In this document: positions 37,874-50,757 of the stretch, one piece after another | Layout of the letters: every line of letters begins with the position of its first letter | Numbering within the stretch: position 1 is the first letter of the stretch | NCBI RefSeq assembly: GCF_036588685.1 | Contig: NC_086374.1 | Location: 45,880,001 to 45,944,000 of the forward strand | From: Mytilus trossulus | Taxonomy: Eukaryota | Reading direction: 5' to 3' | DNA: 64,000 nt | The notes under the pieces: model-generated | What the model was told of the DNA's origin: nothing | Seen by the model: only the letters and a program-made list of their open reading frames with translations | The model's database searches: none | Program-made: the position numbers and the translations under genes

Positions 37874-38570
37874 CTGTGTAAAGTCCCGAATGACACATAG
37901 AACAGGCCATGCTATACTAAAGTAACTGTGTAAAATCCCGAATGACACATAGAACAGGCCATGCTATACTAAAGTAACTGTGTAAAGTCCCAACGCAAAC
38001 ACAGAACAGACCATGCTATACTAAAGTAACTTTGTAAAGTCCCAAAGCAAACACAGAACAGGCCATGCTATACTAAAGTAACTGTGTAAAGTCCCAAAGC
38101 AAACACAGAACAGACCATGCTATACTAAAGTAACTTTGTAAAGTCCCAAAGCAAACACAGAACAGGCCATGCTATACTAAAGTAACTGTGTAAAATCCCA
38201 AAGCAAACACAGAACAGGCCATGCTATACTAAAGTAACTGTGTAAAGTCCCAAAGCAAACACAGAACAGACCATGCTATACTAAAGTAACTTTGTAAAGT
38301 CCCAAAGCAAACACAGAACAGACCATGCTATACTAAAGTAACTTTGTAAAGTCCCAAAGCAAACACAGAACAGACCATGATGTTTCTACATATTAAATCA
38401 CGAAGCAATCACACAACTGACCATGCTGTATCATGAAGCAAACACATGTGGAACAGACCATAATTCTGTATTTGTGTAAAATCGCGAAGGAAATACAGAA
38501 CAGGTCATGCTGATGTGTAAAATTCTTAAACAATCATATTACAGACCATGTTGTATCTGTGTAAGATATC
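37874..38570 (+). repeat. 52-bp tandem repeat (~9.7 near-identical units to ~38379) with a degenerate tail of related shorter units
   Basis: Unit gtaaagtcccaaagcaaacacagaacaggccatgctatactaaagtaactgt. catgctatac recurs at 37908, 37960, 38012 and onward. Confidence 0.95.
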
Positions 38571-38681
38571 GAGGTTCTTAATACTCGTCATCTTCGTACT
38601 TGATTCGACCTCTTAACTTTTTTTAATCGAACGTTACTTGTGAACATTTTGTACATGAAATCTGCAACTGGAATACATTAC

Positions 38682-38827
38682 CATAGGTGGATCCAGGGAC
38701 TGGCCCACCCAATTTTCGTGGGGGAAAATTTGGTATATTATATAGGGAATAACTGAAGCGTGGCTTGAGTGGCCCCTCTTATGTCAGTTAGAGGGTACCG
38801 TTATACAAGTTTCTGGATCCTGCACTG
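38682..38827. mobile_element. Short TIR element with CA..GGATCCAG / CTGGATCC..TG ends (hAT-like MITE relic); related right end at ~48975-49040
   Basis: cataggtggatccagg ... ctggatcctgcactg. TSD not recognisable. Confidence 0.45.
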
Positions 38828-38995
38828 ATAACTATGATTATGGTATATTTTTTTTTTAGATATATCTTAATATTTCGACATATGGCAATCTATGATATAT
38901 ACTACACCTTATGTGTAGCTCACAAGATTAAACAAGCATCATACACATATAACGATGGAAATTCTGTGCGTACTATGAAATTTCTCTAAAATTCA

Positions 38996-39568
38996 GCATG
39001 GTATACTCTGTGTTTGCTTTGAGATTTTACACAGCTACAACAAGCTCTGTTTTGTAACTGCTTCGGGATTTTACAGAGATACAGAAAGGTATGTTCTATG
39101 ACTGCTTCGGGATTTTACACAGCTACAATAAGGTCTGTTCTGTGATTGCTCCGAGATTTTACAGAGATATAGCAGGGTCTGTTCTGTGATTGCTTTGGGA
39201 TTTTACCGAGATACTACATGGTTCATTCTGTGATTGCTTTGGGATTTTACACAGCTACAACAAGGTATTTTCTGTGATTGCTGCGGGGTTTCACATGGAT
39301 ACAACATGGTTCATTTTGTGATTGCTTTGGGATTTTACACAGCTACGTTTACAGCAAGGTCTGTTCTGTGATTGCTGCGGGGTTTCACATAGATACAACA
39401 TGGTTAATTCTGTGATTGCTTTGGGATTTTACACAGCTACAACAAGGTCTGTTCTGAGTGTGATTGCTGCTGGATTTCACATGGATACAGCATGGTCTGT
39501 TCCGTGATAGCTTTGGGATTTCACTCAGATACATCAAGTTCTGTTCTGTGACTGCTTTAGTATTTTAC
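38996..39568 (-). repeat. 44-bp tandem repeat (~13 diverged units), reverse complement related to the 52-bp array
   Basis: Unit ctgtgattgctttgggattttacacagctacaacaaggtctgtt. Unit starts at 39140, 39184, 39228 and 39272. Confidence 0.9.
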
Positions 39569-40563
39569 CCCCTGAAATTCTAAATGTTTTGCCAAAAACA
39601 TCTAACGTGTCATCCTGGGGTATTATAATGATGCATAATCTCAGATGTAGTTTAAACTATATCTTCAAAGACAAATCAACCAAAAACAATCAATTCATTT
39701 GCCTTATAGTTTTTGAATAGTCGTCACAACAAAAATAATTCTACATTTCAAAAGTCAGATTCTTTAATGAGTGTATTGCTTGTTCCTACACAATCCCGTT
39801 GATAGGTTGATTCTTCATCCAAAGTCTGAGTTTTCTACAAGAAAATAGAAAAAGTACAAATAAGTGAAATGATGCGACTTGTTTGAACATATATTGGTCT
39901 CATACATATGAATATTTGTGTTTTTTAAGGTCAAACGCTTGAGGTGTAAAGATGTATAGATTATCACCGCAGATGTAAACTCCGGTACTGGAGATGTACA
40001 AGACTAGCGCTACGGTAGCAGTAATGAGTGAGGTATACCGAACTAACTGATACACGTGCTGAAGATTCCTGTTCATTACCTTACACTATAGCTAGTACAG
40101 GATTGTTTTTGTGTTGTTTTACTACATTTTTACTTTAGGACCTTCACTATTTGTTCTATTCAGTTTTGAGTGTTCGTTAATGGGATTAATCGCAGTTTTC
40201 CTGTTTCCGATGTGGTTTTTTAAAATTATTATGATAAAAAATTCTCGTCATATTCATTGTATCGAATATTGTTTGTCTTGTTGATGGTCTTTGGTCAATA
40301 CGTATTACGATTTCGACACATTTTTCTGGTGCCATATCGACGAACACAGAAGACTGATTTAGTAATGGATGTTTTGTATGATAAGAAACTTTAATTTGTA
40401 ATCGTTTATTTTCAACATCGAAATATAAATTAATTAAGTAACATAATTGGTGCGCATTTCCAAATTTTACATCTTAAGATGAATAAATACGTGTAAGGGG
40501 CTTACCAATCGAAACCTCATATAATATCAACTTAATGAAATGTAATCAATTATTATATATGAA

Positions 40564-41165
40564 AGGAGTAGGTCCAGTAAGACCCCTTTTTGGCCCCAAA
40601 ATATGGCAGTTTTACAAAATTGTTAAAATGTATACTTTTAGTTATTTATTGGACAGTAGAATGCTTCTGCTACATAAATATGGGCCGTTTTTGACAATAC
40701 GATGTACATATATCGAGTACTAGCACCATAACGTTATGCTAAATTACCGAAACCTTCAAAATTCTAGCATTTTGGTTAAATTTTAGACGGTTTCCGTGTA
40801 AAACGAAAGTGGCCGCTTTCGTGTTCATCCAAAATATTTAAATGTAAGTTGTATTTGATGATAATACATAACATATATAAAGGTTGAGGATGAACACGGA
40901 TGCAGCCACTTTCATTTTTGACAAAAAAACATCTTAAAAGTTACATTTTTCAGCATATTTGGTATATTTTTCAGCATATTTGGTATATTTTTCATATTTG
41001 AGCTTGAATCGAAGCGTTTTTAATGACTAAATTAGTTAAAATCTTTCACATAGATGAATTGAATAAAAAAAAATAGGCATTTAAGTAATTAAAAAGTGGT
41101 CAACATCTTTCGTCAGATGAACCTGAAATATGAGGCAAAAATCGGTCCTTACCGGACCTACTCCT
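40564..41165 (+). mobile_element. ~600-bp TIR MITE (possibly Kolobok-like), copy 1
   Basis: TIRs aggagtaggtccagtaag / cttaccggacctactcct. Internal inverted repeat gaaagtggccgc..gtgttcatcc / ggatgaacac..gcagccactttc (~40805-40913). Confidence 0.85.
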
Positions 41166-41779
41166 TTAGAATTAATTATTCATAATTATCTTTACAAATT
41201 TTCAAGAATGGCTTCGATTTAGAAGATTTCTTTTTATAATATACTTACTTCCGTTACAGGGTCACCGTCTGAATCTGAATAGAAGTGAGCTGAATCAAAA
41301 GTAATGTCCGGCGAATGTCTTCCTTTTATCCAAAATATTATAATGCTGAGGACAAACACTGCTATAAAAATACCAACCAGAACGACACTCAATGTGTTGT
41401 TAGCCACGATTACACGAAAATTGTCCAGTTCTGTATCCACTGTCATATTTTTCATAACTTATCAGCTGGACACTCTAAATCAAAATATGATATATTTTAG
41501 TCATCACACAATTCTAATGCTGAGTTATATTATGTTAATGACATTTCGAAATGATAGACAACGTCCCTATGTTAGATCCTTGGTATTTTCATGAGCAGCT
41601 GCGAACATTTAATTTCCTTGACCTTTAGTGTATATTATTGTTTTTTTGTACTTGTATCATTGGTGTCTACCATATATGGTTCAGCTCTTTTCGTTAACTG
41701 ATTTTTATTGTGCTTTCATTTACCTTTTTATTTCAATTTTGAAGAAAAAGAGTGATAATAACTTGTTAATCCTCGACCC

Positions 41780-44700
41780 ATGTTTACGTGTCTTTACAAA
41801 ATCAGAAAACTTTCAAGATGTTCACGTGTCTTTACCAAGTCAGAAACCTCGTCATATGTTCACGTGTCTCTACAAAAGAAACCTCGTCATATATTCACAT
41901 GTCTTTACCAAGTCAGAAACCTCGTCATATATTCACGTGTCTTTACCATGTCAGAAACCTCGTCTAATGTTCCCGTGTCTTTACCAAGTCAGAAACCTCG
42001 TCATATGTTCACGTGTCTTTACCAAGTCAGAAACCTCGTCATATGTTCACATGTCTTTACCAAGTCAGAAACCTCGTCATATGTTCACGTGTCTCTACAA
42101 AAGAAACCTCGTCATATATTCACATGTCTTTACCAAGTCAGAAACCTCGTCATATATTCACGTGTCTTTACCAAGTCAGAAACCTCGTCTAATGTTCCCG
42201 TGTCTTTACCAAGTCAGAAACCTCGTCATATGTTCACGTGTCTTTACCAAGTCAGAAACCTCGTCTAATGTTCACGTGTCTTTACCAAATCAGAAAACTT
42301 TCAAGATGTTCACGTGTCTTTACCAAGTCAGAAACCTCGTCATATATTCACGTGTCTTTACCAAGTCAGAAACCTCGTCATATGTTCACGTGTCTCTACA
42401 AAAGAAACCTCGTCATATGTTCACATGTCTTTACCAAGTCAGAAACCTCGTCATATATTCACGTGTCTTTACCAAGTCAGAAACCTCGTCTAATGTTCCC
42501 GTGTCTTTACCAAGTCAGAAACCTCGTCTAATGTTCACGTGTCTTTACCAAATCAGAAAACTTTCAAGATGTTCACGTTTCTTTACCAAGTCAGAAACCT
42601 CGTCATATGTTCACATGTCTTTACCAAGTCAGAAACTTCGTCATATGTTCACGTGTCTTTACCAAGTCAGAAACCTCGTCATATGTTCACGTGTCTTTAC
42701 CAAGTCAGAAACCTCGTCATATATTCACGTGTCTTTACCAAGTCAGAAACCTCGTCTAATGTTCACGTGTCTTTACCAAGTCAGAAACCTCGTCTAATGT
42801 TCACGTGTCTTTACCAAATCAGAAAACTTTCAAGATGTTCACGTTTCTTTACCAAGTCAGAAACCTCGTCATATGTTCACATGTCTTTACCAAGTCAGAA
42901 ACTTCGTCATATGTTCACGTGTCTTTACCAAGTCAGAAACCTCGTCATATGTTCACGTGTCTTTACCAAGTCAGAAACCTCGTCATATATTCACGTGTCT
43001 TTACCAAGTCAGAAACCTCGTCTAATGTTCACGTGTCTTTACCAAGTCAGAAACCTCGTCATAATTATGTTCACGTGTCTTTACCAAGTCAGAAACCTCG
43101 TCATATGTTCACATGTCTTTACCAAGTCAGGAACCTCGTCATATATTCACGTGTCTTTACCAAGTCAGAAACCTCGTCATATATTCACGTGTCTTTACCA
43201 AGTCAGAAACTTCGTCATATGTTCACGTGTCTTTACCAAGTCAGAAACCTCGTCATATGTTCACGTGTCTTTACCAAGCCAGAAACCTCGTCTAATGTTC
43301 ACGTGTCTTTACCAAGTCAGAAACCTCGTCTAATGTTCACGTGTCTTTACCAAATCAGAAAACTTTCAAGATGTTCACGTTTCTTTACCAAGTCAGAAAC
43401 CTCGTCATATGTTCACATGTCTTTACCAAGTCAGAAACTTCGTCATATGTTCACGTGTCTTTACCAAGTCAGAAACCTCGTCATATGTTCACGTGTCTTT
43501 ACCAAGTCAGAAACCTCGTCATATGTTCACGTGTCTCTACCAAAGAAACCTCGTCATATATTCGCGTGTCTTTACCAAGTCAGAAACCTCGTCTAATGTT
43601 CACGTGTCTTTACCAAGTCAGAAACCTCGTCATAATTATGTTCACGTGTCTTTACCAAGTCAGAAACCTCGTCATATGTTCACATGTCTTTACCAAGTCA
43701 GGAACCTCGTCATATGTTCACGTGTCTTTACCAAGTCAGAAACCTCGTCATATATTCACGTGTCTTTACCAAGTCAGAAACCTCGTCATATGTTCACGTG
43801 TCTTTACCAAGTCAGAAACCTCGTCTAATGTTCTATGTCTTTACCAAGTTAGAAACCTCGTCATATGTTCACGTGTCTTTACCAAGTCAGAAACCTCGTC
43901 ATATGTTCACGTGTCTTTACCAAGCCAGAAACCTCGTCTAATGTTCACGTGTCTTTACCAAGTCAGAAACCTCGTCTAATGTTCACGTGTCTTTACCAAA
44001 TCAGAAAACTTTCAAGATGTTCACGTTTCTTTACCAAGTCAGAAACCTCGTCATATGTTCACATGTCTTTACCAAGTCAGAAACTTCGTCATATGTTCAC
44101 GTGTCTTTACCAAGTCAGAAACCTCGTCATATGTTCACGTGTCTTTACCAAGTCAGAAACCTCGTCATATGTTCACGTGTCTCTACCAAAGAAACCTCGT
44201 CATATATTCGCGTGTCTTTACCAAGTCAGAAACCTCGTCTAATGTTCACGTGTCTTTACCAAGTCAGAAACCTCGTCATAATTATGTTCACGTGTCTTTA
44301 CCAAGTCAGAAACCTCGTCATATGTTCACATGTCTTTACCAAGTCAGGAACCTCGTCATATGTTCACGTGTCTTTACCAAGTCAGAAACCTCGTCATATA
44401 TTCACGTGTCTTTACCAAGTCAGAAACCTCGTCATATGTTCACGTGTCTTTACCAAGTCAGAAACCTCGTCTAATGTTCTATGTCTTTACCAAGTTAGAA
44501 ACCTCGTCATATGTTCACGTGTCTTTACCAAGTCAGAAACCTCGTCATATGTTCACATGTCTTTACCAAGTCAGAAACTTCGTCATATGTTCACGTGTCT
44601 TTACCAAGTCAGAAACCTCGTCATATGTTCACGTGTCTTTACCAAGTCAGAAACCTCGTCTAATGTTCACGTGTCTTTACCAAATCAGAAAACTTTCAAG

Positions 44701-45573
44701 ATGTTCACGTTTCTTTACCAAGTCAGAAACCTCGTCATATGTTCACGTGTCTTTACCAAGTCAGAAACCTCGTCATATGTTCACGTGTCTTTACCAAGTC
44801 AGAAACCTCGTCATATGTTCACATGTCTTTACCAAGTCAGAAACCTCGTCTAATGTTCACGTGTCTTTACCAAATCAGAAAACTTTCAAGATGTTCACGT
44901 GTCTTTACCAAGTCAGAAACCTCGTCATATGTTCACATGTATTTACCAAATCAGATACCTCGTCCCATATTCACCTATCTTTACCAAGTCAGAAACCTCA
45001 CCCATTGTACAAGTTTCTTACCTTAATCAGCAACATCGTCTTATCTTTATGTGTCATTACCAATTTGGAAATTTACCACAAGTTCATGTGCTTTTAAAAT
45101 CAAGGCAGCAACCTTGCCCCATGTTAACGTGTCTTTGCCAAGTCAGAAACATTGCCTCTCGTTCAAGTATCGTTACCAAATCAGAAAATTGCCCCATGGT
45201 CACGTGTCTTTATTAAGTCAGAAACCTCGTCAAGGTTCAAGTATCTTTATCAAGTCGGAGACCTCAACCTATGTTCATGTGTCTTTGCCTAGACAAAAAC
45301 ATCGCCCCATGTTCACGTTTCTTTACAAAATAAGAAAATTTGTCAGATGTTCACCAAGTCAGAAACTTCGTCATATGTTAACATGTCTTTACCAAGTCAG
45401 AAACCTCGACAGATGTTCACGGGTCTTAAGCAGTTTACCAATTCAGAAACCCCGTAATCGTAATAACATGTTCAAATTTCTTAAACAATTCAGAGACCTC
45501 GCCTCATGTTTATGTGTCTTTGCCAAGCCAAAAATGTCGCCTAATGGTCACGTGTCAAAATACCAAGTCAGAC
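41780..45573. repeat. 38-bp satellite array (~85 homogeneous units to ~45000, then a degenerate tail)
   Basis: Unit atgttcacgtgtctttaccaagtcagaaacctcgtcat, with recurring variant monomers. Confidence 0.98.
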
Positions 45574-46348
45574 TGTAGTCTTAAGTTTCATGAACCCCAC
45601 ACATCATTTGGTTATATTTTGTGAAATCACATGATGCTCACTTCAATTGTAGCTATAGGTAATATGATAATATATCACTATGTCATGTACTTTTCATGTT
45701 TAATTTTGTTTCACATGGGTTTTGTTTGCGATAAAAAAAAAAAACAAAAAAAAGAAAAGTCAATGCATCTTTGAACTAAGGATATATTCTTTGAATATGA
45801 ATTCGACAACTAGAAATACAGAAGGTTGAATAAACTCAATAAATTGAACACATAGAGGTTTTACAAAGATTTGGTAAATTTTGCTTAAAAGTTGATTTGA
45901 TATTCTGACTATTAAAGTTATTACCTGTCGCATACATGTACGTCCATCTGCTTGTTGTCAAAAATAAACCGTAAAAAAAATTCTCGAGGCAGATGTTTCA
46001 GCAAACACACGTCTGACAAAACGCAATTTAACACATTTATTTAACAGATTCAAAATTACTGTGTCTTTTAATTCGCACCTCTATATTGAGTGGAGGTTAA
46101 CGCATTAGACAAGTAACATATTCTGATCAAATGCAGAACAACACCTTTTCCATAAACCAGACAATATTTAATTTTAGTTTGGCCGTCAAAGTCGCCATTT
46201 GATATTTTTGCTCTTGAATCAAATTGAGAATGAAAATGGGGAATGTGTCGAAGAGACATATAACAGACAACAGCAGAAGGTCACCAACACATAAGTGAAA
46301 TCATCAAAGATAATAAGTGGTTTTATTTCTCCATTACTCGTCGATGCT

Positions 46349-46538
46349 ACAAACCTCATCAATAATACAAACCAGAGCTTAGTAGTCACAAATATAACCT
46401 CACAAGAGCAGGCCAGCGTTAATAATACAAACCAGAGCTTAATAGTCACAAATATAACCTCACAAGAGCAGACCAGCGTCAATAATACAAACTAGAGCTT
46501 AATGGTCACAAATATAACCTCACAAGCGCAGACCAGCG
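46349..46538. repeat. 60-bp tandem repeat, ~3.2 copies
   Basis: aataatacaaaccagagcttagtagtcacaaatataacctcacaagagcaggccagcgtt repeated at a 60-bp period. Confidence 0.95.
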
Positions 46539-46945
46539 AAATGCCATTTGTAGCGCAATCGCACATACAATTGCCAAGAATTTATGTGTTTGAATACATT
46601 TTCACGAAAACGCAACGTCGAGCAATGAACCGCAAAACTGAGGTCATAATAGATCTAGTTTAATCCTTGTAGAATGGTACACCGGACGATAATTTTGTAT
46701 ATCAAATATGCGTGGCACTTTATCTTTTCTCGAGATACTGACAGTTTAAAGAAAATTAAGATTGGCCAATTATATAGTATCATCGAAAAAGTGACATCAA
46801 GACCAGATAATGTACATCTTACCCTTGAATAATATCGTAGTCACCACAAATAAAAGACAGATGGTCAATTACTTATAGTATTTGAGAAACCGACCTAATC
46901 AATAAAAACACGTAATGTTGATTGTTAAATCCTAAAATTAGGTAG

Positions 46946-47532
46946 AAGAGTAGGTCCGGTAAGGGTCGATTTTGGTCTCAAATTTCAGATTGATCTACCG
47001 AAAGATTTTGGACTCGTTTTAAACACTTAGGTGTCTATTGCAATTGATTCAATTATTTTATGTGAAAAATTTTAACTGATTTGATTGAGTCATTAAAAAC
47101 GCTCTGATTCAATTTTAAATATGGAAAATCTATCAAGTGTGCCAAAAAAACGTCACTTTTCAGATATTTTTTGTCAAAAATGAAAGTGGCCGCATCCGTG
47201 TTCATCCTAACCCTTGATATATGTTATGTATTATCATCAAATACAACTTACATTTCAATTTTATAAATGAACACGAATGCGGCCACTTTCAATTAAGACG
47301 GAAACCGTCTAAAATTTAACTAAAACGCTAAAATTTTGAACATTTCAATAATTTAGCATGACTTAATGATGCTATAACCCCGATATATGTGTATTGTGTT
47401 GTCAAAAACAGTCCATAATTATGTAGCAGAAGCATTCTACTTTCTAGTATATAGCTTAAAGATTACATTTTCACAATTTTGTAAAACTGCTATATTTTGG
47501 GGCCAAAAAGGGGTCTTACTGATCCTACTCCT
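46946..47532 (-). mobile_element. ~590-bp TIR MITE, copy 2, inverted relative to copy 1
   Basis: Begins aagagtaggtccggtaag and ends ggggccaaaaaggggtcttactgatcctactcct, the reverse complement of the copy 1 start. Same internal hairpin (~47183-47290). Confidence 0.85.
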
Positions 47533-48473
47533 TTCGGGCTCGCTGTTTCTAACAGCTATAGGTAAGCACATAGCCACTGTATGTCTCGTATTGTGTGTCT
47601 TTCTGTTATATCATAAAAATGTCAACTACATTGAGTGAATGGAAAATATTTCAAGGATAAGACGACAACAATACAACATCATCTGACCAAAGGACATCTG
47701 TATTTAACGTCCTTACAAACCATGCATTAATATAAAACAACTATCCTTGTACACGAGGAGTGCCAATATGAGAAAGAATTGTTTATAATTCATTAGCCAT
47801 TTGTTATCAGACTTTTAGTTCACTTCATGATAATTCTGTACTTCTTAATGTTGCATTTTATTTTTCGATTGCTAAATTGTTTTTATATTGAGCGTGGTCT
47901 TGTCGATCCTTTTTCTTGAAAACTTTCTTAAATGTATTGTTTTACATCCAATCATCATGTTGACTTTGCTATAGGATATGTATGTACCGACGGTTTGTGC
48001 ATTTTGTATTGTTTAATGGTTAGAAAAGCGGTATCTACAAATCCATTTTGATATGAAGACTTACCAACGATTATAAATCATAAATCTTGTTTCTCTTTTG
48101 GCTTTTGCTAATTGTTGAAAGCCGTACGTTGACTTATAGTTGTTAACCTTCTACGTCATTTGGTCTCTGGTATAGATTTGTCTCATTGGCAATCTCCTAT
48201 TACCTTCTTATTTTCATATAACTCATCAAATAGCAATATAAGAAACTAGCAAATATGAAATGCCAATCCTTTATAGCACCTTACTTCATCCGTGATGCGT
48301 TCGGTTTGTTTTACTTAGGCTTCAGTTCTCGGTTAATTGATTTGACGTACTAAGTTATTCGTCTCTTCTTCATTTTTTTCTTGACCATTGGACGTTCTAT
48401 TCCTTTTCGACTTATGAGTATTACTACCCTTAGCATTGAACCTTAAAAATTGTTTTCAAAAGTTTCAAACCGA

Positions 48474-48632
48474 ATTTATGGAAATCGTGTCTCATTGGAA
48501 ATATGCAAAACAAACTTATATCATTAGAAATCAAAACATATTATTACTACTGACATTTATGGAAATCGTGTTTCATTAGAAATGTGCAAAAACAACTTTA
48601 TATCATTAGAAAGCAGAACATATTACTACTGA
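48474..48632. repeat. Local tandem duplication of ~80 bp
   Basis: atttatggaaatcgtgt.tcatt.gaaat.tgcaaaa...tatatcattagaaa..cata occurs twice. Confidence 0.8.
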
Positions 48633-50590
48633 AATATGTTTCTTCAATTCTCGTTGGCAGCTTTCCACAAAAACAAGGATTTTACATTATTGATAACCTT
48701 ATGAGGTTAATTTAAGAAATAAAATATCGATTATTAGACCTGTTACATGTTGTATTTACTTTGATTAGAATTGCGTATCAATATATTATGTGATTACAGG
48801 TCAAGGGTAAGTCATGAGAAAAACACCTAAGAATATTCACCAACAAAAATCATAATGGAAATTCTAGAGAAAAAGAAATTATAAAAGGATATCATTAGAG
48901 GCAACACAATATCCATGGCTAAAAGCGTTGAAACAACACTTTTTGACGAGCAATGCTTTTGAATGGGGAAATATGGTTGGATCCCCCTATTTTTCCTGGG
49001 TTGGAACCTCCCTTTAAAATATTGCTGGATCCGCAATTGAACCACGCATTTGGAAATAAGGTTTTATATATTCTCTTTGTTCTCTCAAAGCAATTTTAAT
49101 AGCATTCTCTACATCTACTTGAAACTAAACAAAAGTTTAATGAATCATATAAAAATAGTTATAAGCGATCATAAATTTTGCCTTGTTCTCACCTTTTATT
49201 TTTTTTTAAACAAGTAATTAAAGGGAAACTAAACGGAAATTGACACAAAAGTTGATCATAAGTACTATAAGTAACGATGTTGGACCTTGGACCTGATTTA
49301 CATAAATAAAACACGAAGTATAGGTACGAATAAACTAATTTCGCCGCGAAAGTTGCTAAACTCTTTAAAGTCAAGCTACATTCTTACAGCAAGTTAATTG
49401 ATTCTCTGTCTTTCACTATCTAAATAATTTTAATACAAATATGAGAAACGAAAAATAAGTCCGTGAAGCGTAAAATATTGGTCAGAGTGATATACTTTAT
49501 GATAAGCACGTTTACACTATAGAACCGAACGCGTTTACACTATAGAACCGAACGTAATAACCTAATACAGTGATTTCTTATATTTGATTCAGATGCATAG
49601 CCATCAAATTCAAGTAGGCGTAAAATGTAAGGCTTTAGTGACCTACTTTTTTTCGGTCTGACACTTTGCTCCCAAAGGTGCATCCTTACTCAGAGTGTTA
49701 TACTTATAAGTCACTTAAGTCATCTGAGATCCGAACACTAGTATAATTTTGTGTTTAGGGGCAAGCTGTAGCCCGATTCCGACTGCGAGATTTGTTCGCT
49801 ACGTGGAAGACCAATTGGTGGTCTTAACCTGTTTTCAGCTCTATGGTTAGGTTGTAACCTCCTTTACACACTCCCCGTTTCAATTATAAATGCTATGAAA
49901 GCTTATTCGAATCTTCGAAATGACTTCAAACGCTAACTTCCACTAGTCCCGTTGAACTTGGATACGACAAACAAACAAAAACATCAAACAAAATAAAACA
50001 AAAGACTACGATCATGGTTATATGTATGAATGTTTTATGCAGCATAGTTAAGCCAAGCAATTCAAAGACCACGCAGTAAATCTAGCATTACAGAACTGCA
50101 AACCTTTGATATCCAAGATTACCTGCCAATATGTTCGTGCCAGATCGCTTCTCTCCCTTTTCTGTCATTACTGATTATTTATTTTATAGAGACTGTTTCA
50201 ATAAGTTGATAATCTACGAAAATCCAAAACTAAATTGTGTTTAATGTCATTGGTTTAGTACATGTGTCAGACAAATTTACCATATTACTAGAAATGTATG
50301 TGTTTTTTTTTTGTTTTACTAAAAAAAAGACGAAAAATTGAGAAGAAAAAAAACTCCCAGAATATATATCAACAGTCTTAACTTTATAAAACCTCGATAG
50401 TCAGGAAAATCAATAAAGAGGAATATATTTGATATATCGTTACTTAATTGTGAAGGTTAAATATTGAGTAAACAGAATAGAGAATTAAAAATGACAAAAA
50501 CTTAAAATATACGTCCTGATAATGAGCATAAAGAACAAGGAGAAATGGATAGAACCAAGAATAAAGATCTAGAATAACGAATAATATAAG

Positions 50591-50757
50591 AAAGAAGATG
50601 TGGTATGATTGCCAATGAGACAGCTATCCACAAAAGACCAAAATGACACAAACATTAACAATTATAGGTCCCAGTACGGCCTTCAACAATGAGCAAAGCC
50701 CATACCGCATATAGTCAGCTATAAAAGTCCCCGATAAGACAATGTAAAACAATTCAA
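50591..50757 (+). repeat. Abundant ~170-bp dispersed repeat (same family as 16677-16851)
   Basis: Near-collinear match to the reverse complement of 16677-16851 and 59217-59392. Confidence 0.85.

Noticed and set aside
41780-45000. CRISPR-like appearance of the 38-bp array (also the 52-bp and 44-bp arrays)
   Set aside because: Monomers are head-to-tail with no unique spacers, there are no cas genes, and the context is eukaryotic.
41628-45578. Many long plus-strand ORFs (up to 389 aa) with repeating SSYVHVSLPSQKPRHMFTCLYQVRNLV
   Set aside because: Artefact of a 38-bp monomer that lacks stops on one strand. The same peptide appears in all three frames, and variant monomers introduce stops and frameshifts freely.
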